Position numbers and translations under genes: made by a program. 64,000 bases of DNA, from IMG/VR virus record IMGVR_UViG_3300011008_000016, positions 96,001 through 160,000 of that record; one strand, written 5' to 3'. A model generated the notes under the pieces. That model did not search any database, had not been told where the DNA came from, and was given only the letters and a program-made list of their open reading frames with translations. This document shows positions 59,689-64,000 of the stretch, in pieces. The stretch's first letter is position 1. Each line of letters begins with the position of its first letter. This DNA is from a virus (taxonomy: Duplodnaviria > Caudoviricetes).

Positions 59689-59868
59689 AATTAGTAGGTT
59701 AATGGTAACTTACTGATTCCTTACCCGAGGTAACGGGGACTCTTACTCTTGAGCATGTCCTGTCTGGTTGAATCAGGACATCTTCCTTTTAAAAGATTTC
59801 ATCGATAAAATGACTCAGTTGCACGGATAGAAAGGTGGTTACCGACAGCCACCTTTCTCATTCCGTTT
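59689..59868 (+). ncRNA. Candidate structured small RNA
   Basis: AACA TAAAGA TA at 59678-59689; four hairpins with G-U pairs favouring the + strand; terminator-like 3' stem; no ORF. Confidence 0.5.
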
Positions 59869-59957
59869 ACATACAAAAAATAAATTCTGGGGTAGTGAAC
59901 CATTTATTAGGTTCACTACCCCTTTTGTTTTGTATTAGAAAAACTGCACAACCCCGC

Positions 59958-60290
59958 TTATTTATAAACAATCTCGCTTCTGCCGAACGATATTAGTTGC
60001 TTTACAGTGACATATACATGTCCAGTTGTCTTTGTTAAATCGAAATCACCCTCAAGTCGAAGAGCAATATTCTGATGGCGACCACGAATCTTAGCCTTCA
60101 AATCAAACTTACGAAAAGCTGTGATATTCGTTGTAAAAGCTACATTGTCAGAATCCACATCGGATAAACGGAACTTCATAGAAACAAGATTCCCATATTC
60201 ATATACAGGAATAAATTCCATTTTCATATCGTCCACGATTGCCAGATTGTACTGTAACTCATTAACAGTAAGCATAGTTGTTGTCTTCAT
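59958..60290 (-). CDS. Hypothetical protein
   Basis: 110 aa, SD AAAGGAGG. Confidence 0.7.
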   Translation of the reverse strand: MKTTTMLTVNELQYNLAIVDDMKMEFIPVYEYGNLVSMKFRLSDVDSDNVAFTTNITAFRKFDLKAKIRGRHQNIALRLEGDFDLTKTTGHVYVTVKQLISFGRSEIVYK

Positions 60291-60314
60291 AGTGTAAATC
60301 CTCCTTTGTGATTA

Positions 60315-60500
60315 TTAGAAAATTTCCATTGATTGGTTTTTACGACCAAAAATGTTACCTTTAGTTACCATTCCATCTTCTGGATTCTGAATACCAATAT
60401 TACGACAAACTTTAAGAAGTCCTTCACAATTATTTTCAGGTTTCTCTGAAGAGTTAAGAAAGTTGCTAATTTCATTAATCATCTCAGTTCTCTGTAACAT
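60315..60500 (-). CDS. Small hypothetical protein
   Basis: ATG at 60500 after GGAGG. Confidence 0.6.
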   Translation of the reverse strand: MLQRTEMINEISNFLNSSEKPENNCEGLLKVCRNIGIQNPEDGMVTKGNIFGRKNQSMEIF

Positions 60501-60514
60501 TATAATACCTCCAT

Positions 60515-60853
60515 TTATGAAAGTGATATTGCAATCTGGCATAATGTCTGATAAACGTCCCAGTGTGCATCATACCAAAGCTCACTTAAAGTTTTAACCT
60601 CAAACTCATTTGCAATTCTTCCAGCTATTTGATTAGCTTTGGCGGAAAAATTCTTCAACATATCCAATTGATATTCTGACATGTTCCATATTAATGCATT
60701 TATTGCATTCACATCTTTGGAGGCAATTATTTCAGAATTCTTCTGGAGATATTCTTCAGCCTCTTTCTTTCCCATTTCAGCAGCCTCATCTTTCATAGTG
60801 TTAAAACTTTTCCCATTGCTAACATTGATTCCCATTTCATTAATTCTTAACAT
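60515..60853 (-). CDS. Hypothetical early protein
   Basis: 112 aa, early motif at 60935-60942. Confidence 0.7.
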   Translation of the reverse strand: MLRINEMGINVSNGKSFNTMKDEAAEMGKKEAEEYLQKNSEIIASKDVNAINALIWNMSEYQLDMLKNFSAKANQIAGRIANEFEVKTLSELWYDAHWDVYQTLCQIAISLS

Positions 60854-60974
60854 AACTTTTATCCCCTTTCGTGTATAAACTGGAGCATAGTAAATTTGTT
60901 ATAGTAGCTCCATTAGTTTCCTTATATACAGAATTAATATAGTACTAAAAAGCTTGCGAAACGGATTTTTCACA

Positions 60975-61186
60975 AAACAGAGATAGGTGTACAGAATCTA
61001 TTAATTCCATACACCTATCTCATTTTCCATCCGCCGCTTTCATAGCGGCAATCCCGACCCAGCCGCGACACATATCGCATCGGCATATTCCATATTTTCC
61101 AAGGGGCATTTACACCCATCCATTTTCACCGAAGCCCGCCGCTGGATATACACCGGGTATACATATGAGCAGATATCTTCCGCTCT
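60975..61186 (-). ncRNA. Candidate GC-rich structured small RNA
   Basis: Late promoter at 61186-61197; at least 5 hairpins with G-U pairs on the - strand; terminator 60980-61021; no SD-led ORF. Confidence 0.55.
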
Positions 61187-61270
61187 AAAAATATGTTATG
61201 TAAAATTTATTTATTTATTAATAAAAAAGAATTCAGTAGAGGATATCTTGTATTCCCTACTGAATTCTTT

Positions 61271-62896
61271 CTAATGCACTGGTTCCAAATCAAATATATC
61301 ATCAGTAACCATATCTTTGTCCATTAAAGGATTTTTATGAGTCGACCGACCTCTACTTCCACCAAATAACATATTCGCATCAGCACCTTCCATATTAGTA
61401 TCAAGACTAATGATTCCTTGAGGCTTTGATAATAGAATATCATCTACCAAAGAGAACTCATTATCTCTATGGAAAGGTTGGTTGAAATATGTCAACTTCG
61501 TAGATGGTCTATAGCGTTCCTTTAACCGAGTGAATGTTAGATAAAGCAATTGATTGTCTCGTTTTCTTTCCAAGTTCAGTCCAATTGTCATATCAGGATT
61601 TTCCATAACTTCATATGCAGAACCAACATTTTCACCACCGACAAATTTAGCTAAATCTGCTTTACCTTCTCTGGCAGCGGCATTAATTGTTGCGAGTGCA
61701 CTTCTGTTATACTGATGAGCTGATACGACTGGTATCTGATAATCAATTGCTACTTGTCGTAATTCATTTGTAACATTCTTGAGCATCTCTTTCTCGTCTC
61801 GGGCTTTTTGGTGTGGAAGAATACGCTTTATGTAGTCGAAGCTAACCATGATAATTTCTTTACCTGTCATTTCAACTTCGTCAATGATATCTCTGAGGTC
61901 ATCTGTGGTGATACTCATATTCGCTCTATATACAAACAGAATACCAATATCATCATTTGCAATAACCTTCTTATCCTTGAGTTTGTCGACAATGTCACTC
62001 GGTTTACTCTTCTCTACATCCGTATCTTCTACTGCCATATTCCAAGTACGAGCAAAAGACTCATCGATGGTATTTTCCATCGTAATATATAATACATATG
62101 GTTTCGCACCCTCGTGTTTCGGTTTGAATGTCTTTGCATTGTATTTCGCACAGTCGATTACAATCTTTAGTAGCATTGCAGATTTGAAACCGCCTGTAAC
62201 TCCAAGAAAGACATACAATTTACCGGGACGAAATCCAGGTGATAACATTTCGTTTAACATTTGAATACCAGTTATGATGATAGATGATGCATCTCCTAAT
62301 CTATCTACAATTTCAGAGACACGCTCAACAATATTTGGGTCATTAAAATCCAGCATCCCAGTATTCCAAACTGTTGAAATTTCTCGTTTCGCTGTCATAT
62401 AACAACGAATCCAATTTAGTACCTTAGCATTGACTTCTGCGAATGTAATAAAATTTCCCTCTTCTACTTCTTCAATGATCTCTTTCATATCAGGGATTGT
62501 ATTAATCAATGTTCCGTGTGTTAATCTATCTTCTATAAAGTTCGTTATGAAATCAATCTCCTTATAATTAAGAGACTTATAACGATCCAGATTTTTCAAT
62601 ATTTCTTCGACAACCGGATTTTCTCCATCTGGTGTACAATAACTGAGAATGATACCTTCATCTTCGTACTTTTGGTCAAGCTTTGCATCTAAAGCTTTTA
62701 ATATGAAATTAACCCGTTCCATAACTACTGGACGAGTTTCATAATTTTTATAATCGCATGTTTTCAGTAGCTTTTGGATATTCCTCAAGTTCAAATTGTT
62801 AATACTCTTTGTTTTCTTGAAGATATATCCAATGATTTTGTTTAACATTGAAACATCCCATCGGATGTTCAATGGTTCATGATTCATAACATCCAT
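61271..62896 (-). CDS. dnaB: DnaB-like replicative helicase
   Basis: TGIQMLNEML..GF, GVTGGFKS, YITMEN, FDYI, PVVSAHQYNR. Confidence 0.9.
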   Translation of the reverse strand: MDVMNHEPLNIRWDVSMLNKIIGYIFKKTKSINNLNLRNIQKLLKTCDYKNYETRPVVMERVNFILKALDAKLDQKYEDEGIILSYCTPDGENPVVEEILKNLDRYKSLNYKEIDFITNFIEDRLTHGTLINTIPDMKEIIEEVEEGNFITFAEVNAKVLNWIRCYMTAKREISTVWNTGMLDFNDPNIVERVSEIVDRLGDASSIIITGIQMLNEMLSPGFRPGKLYVFLGVTGGFKSAMLLKIVIDCAKYNAKTFKPKHEGAKPYVLYITMENTIDESFARTWNMAVEDTDVEKSKPSDIVDKLKDKKVIANDDIGILFVYRANMSITTDDLRDIIDEVEMTGKEIIMVSFDYIKRILPHQKARDEKEMLKNVTNELRQVAIDYQIPVVSAHQYNRSALATINAAAREGKADLAKFVGGENVGSAYEVMENPDMTIGLNLERKRDNQLLYLTFTRLKERYRPSTKLTYFNQPFHRDNEFSLVDDILLSKPQGIISLDTNMEGADANMLFGGSRGRSTHKNPLMDKDMVTDDIFDLEPVH

Positions 62897-62902
62897 GGGT
62901 AG

Positions 62903-64000
62903 TTATTCCTCCCTACTCTTTATTCTATTATCTTTTGGATTTATTACCTCCAGAATGTTTTCTAAAGGAATGTTAGCTCCGTTTTTTCTTTTGATATAAG
63001 ACGCTATACGAGCTTCATTCCTCATAGTTTTGTCATACAAGTAGGGACGTTCTTCTATTTTCTTTTCTGTAACTTCTTCTAAATTGATATCTTCTTCATT
63101 TTCTGTATCCTCTTTATTTACAATGTCCATCATTAAGTGTACTTTCGGAGTATTACCAAATGACGACATAATGAAATCCTTTATTGTAATGAAGTTGGGC
63201 AAAGATGAATCAATGACAACCAATAGCCGAAGTTTATCTGCACCATCAATCTTCTTATTTATTCTTTGACGAATTCGATTATTTAATTCATCCAGTTCCA
63301 CTTCTTTCTTTATAGAAATAGCAACTGTTGGAAGTATTGGTGCATATTCATTCTCTAAATATTCTTCAAATGCCAATTTCGTACTGGTGTCATACCATGT
63401 GAAATACATTCCACAAGGACCATCTTTATCAAATTCCCATCTGCTAACGGGACCAATTGATTTGAATCTTCCATCTGGACCAGCAGCTTTATTGTAATGC
63501 CAGTGTCCGAAATAACAATAATTCCCAATCTCACATAACTGGTCGACGTCGAATACAGTAGCCGAAGAATGTTCTACTGTATTCTTTCCTTTCATATACC
63601 ACATAAGGCTTGTAGGACCATGACCAAATATAAAGTCATAATGACGTGAGAAGTATTCTTTATAATAGATATTGCTATCAACAACGTATTCTTCTGGAAG
63701 ATATAAGATATCCATACCTTTAAATGATTCTGTATCAACGGTATGAATAAAGCGAATACGGTCTTTATCTAAGATTTGATCGCATATGACCTCTAAGGTT
63801 TCTAATTGCTTTGCGTCATGACCACTGGTGCCTTCTATAAATCGAAACTGGGTATCATATTCTCTGGTCATGTCGAAAAGTTCTTTCATTATATTAAAAT
63901 ACAACTTGACCGTATCTGACGATAGATACTCTTTCATATCAAAAGTATCTCCTGCAACAACGAAAAGGTCAAGTTGTTTTGTTTTATCAAGTTTATGCTT
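62903..64000 (-). CDS. sbcD: SbcD/Mre11-like metallophosphoesterase nuclease (5' end outside window)
   Basis: Frame stays open to 64000: VVAGDTFD, GTSGHD, FGHG, FGHWH. Confidence 0.85.
   Translation of the reverse strand, partial: KHKLDKTKQLDLFVVAGDTFDMKEYLSSDTVKLYFNIMKELFDMTREYDTQFRFIEGTSGHDAKQLETLEVICDQILDKDRIRFIHTVDTESFKGMDILYLPEEYVVDSNIYYKEYFSRHYDFIFGHGPTSLMWYMKGKNTVEHSSATVFDVDQLCEIGNYCYFGHWHYNKAAGPDGRFKSIGPVSRWEFDKDGPCGMYFTWYDTSTKLAFEEYLENEYAPILPTVAISIKKEVELDELNNRIRQRINKKIDGADKLRLLVVIDSSLPNFITIKDFIMSSFGNTPKVHLMMDIVNKEDTENEEDINLEEVTEKKIEERPYLYDKTMRNEARIASYIKRKNGANIPLENILEVINPKDNRIKSREE

Noticed and set aside
291-63269. Numerous antisense or overlapping ORFs in the track (e.g. 291..698, 11999..12463, 33611..34051)
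   Set aside because: Shadows of real opposite-strand or alternative-frame genes; no SD or recognisable motifs
1-64000. CRISPR array or mini-array
   Set aside because: No regularly spaced direct repeats in any intergenic region; the repeats seen are single inverted repeats
1-64000. Stop-codon reassignment
   Set aside because: Core genes are full-length in the standard code, and TAA, TAG and TGA all end genes
1-64000. DGR reverse transcriptase, Avd or template repeat inside the window
   Set aside because: No YxDD RT ORF and no AAC-rich copy of the VR found by eye
1-64000. tRNA/rRNA genes
   Set aside because: No cloverleaf with a TTCRA T-loop recognised in intergenic DNA

Overview
The window is 64 kb of a large lytic phage genome related to phiKZ and AR9/PBS1. 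It is AT-rich, uses the standard code, and almost all genes are on the - strand. Strong AAGGAGG ribosome-binding sites, an SPP1-type holin and DUF1653/DUF6273-like proteins suggest a Firmicutes (Bacillota) host; this is an inference. Core genes: split beta subunits of two multisubunit RNA polymerases (non-virion betaN 24.5-26.2 kb and betaC 33.1-35.4 kb; virion-type betaC 42.8-43.6 kb), SbcC, SbcD, NAD-dependent ligase, RecA/UvsX, a tubulin/FtsZ GTPase, type IIA topoisomerase subunits, a Dda/RecD-like helicase, DnaB, a GH24 endolysin and virion proteins. Two promoter classes can be read directly: (C/A)TATATTA before early-type genes and (A/C/G)ACA-N6-TA before virion and lysis genes. Main observations: (i) a diversity-generating retroelement (DGR) variable region with cis hairpins at the 3' end of a frameshifted fibre gene, with no template repeat or reverse transcriptase in the window; (ii) a self-contained early SLOG-PARG-MazG operon; (iii) an unannotated RNA layer made of two ORF-less structured RNAs behind late-type promoters (59.7 kb +, 61.1 kb -) and a ~300-nt structured, SD-sequestering tubulin leader; (iv) a tubulin gene next to genes for proteins with N/G/R-rich disordered tails, with no chimallin seen; (v) a tandem cystatin-like protein. 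All family calls come from motif recognition, not database searches.
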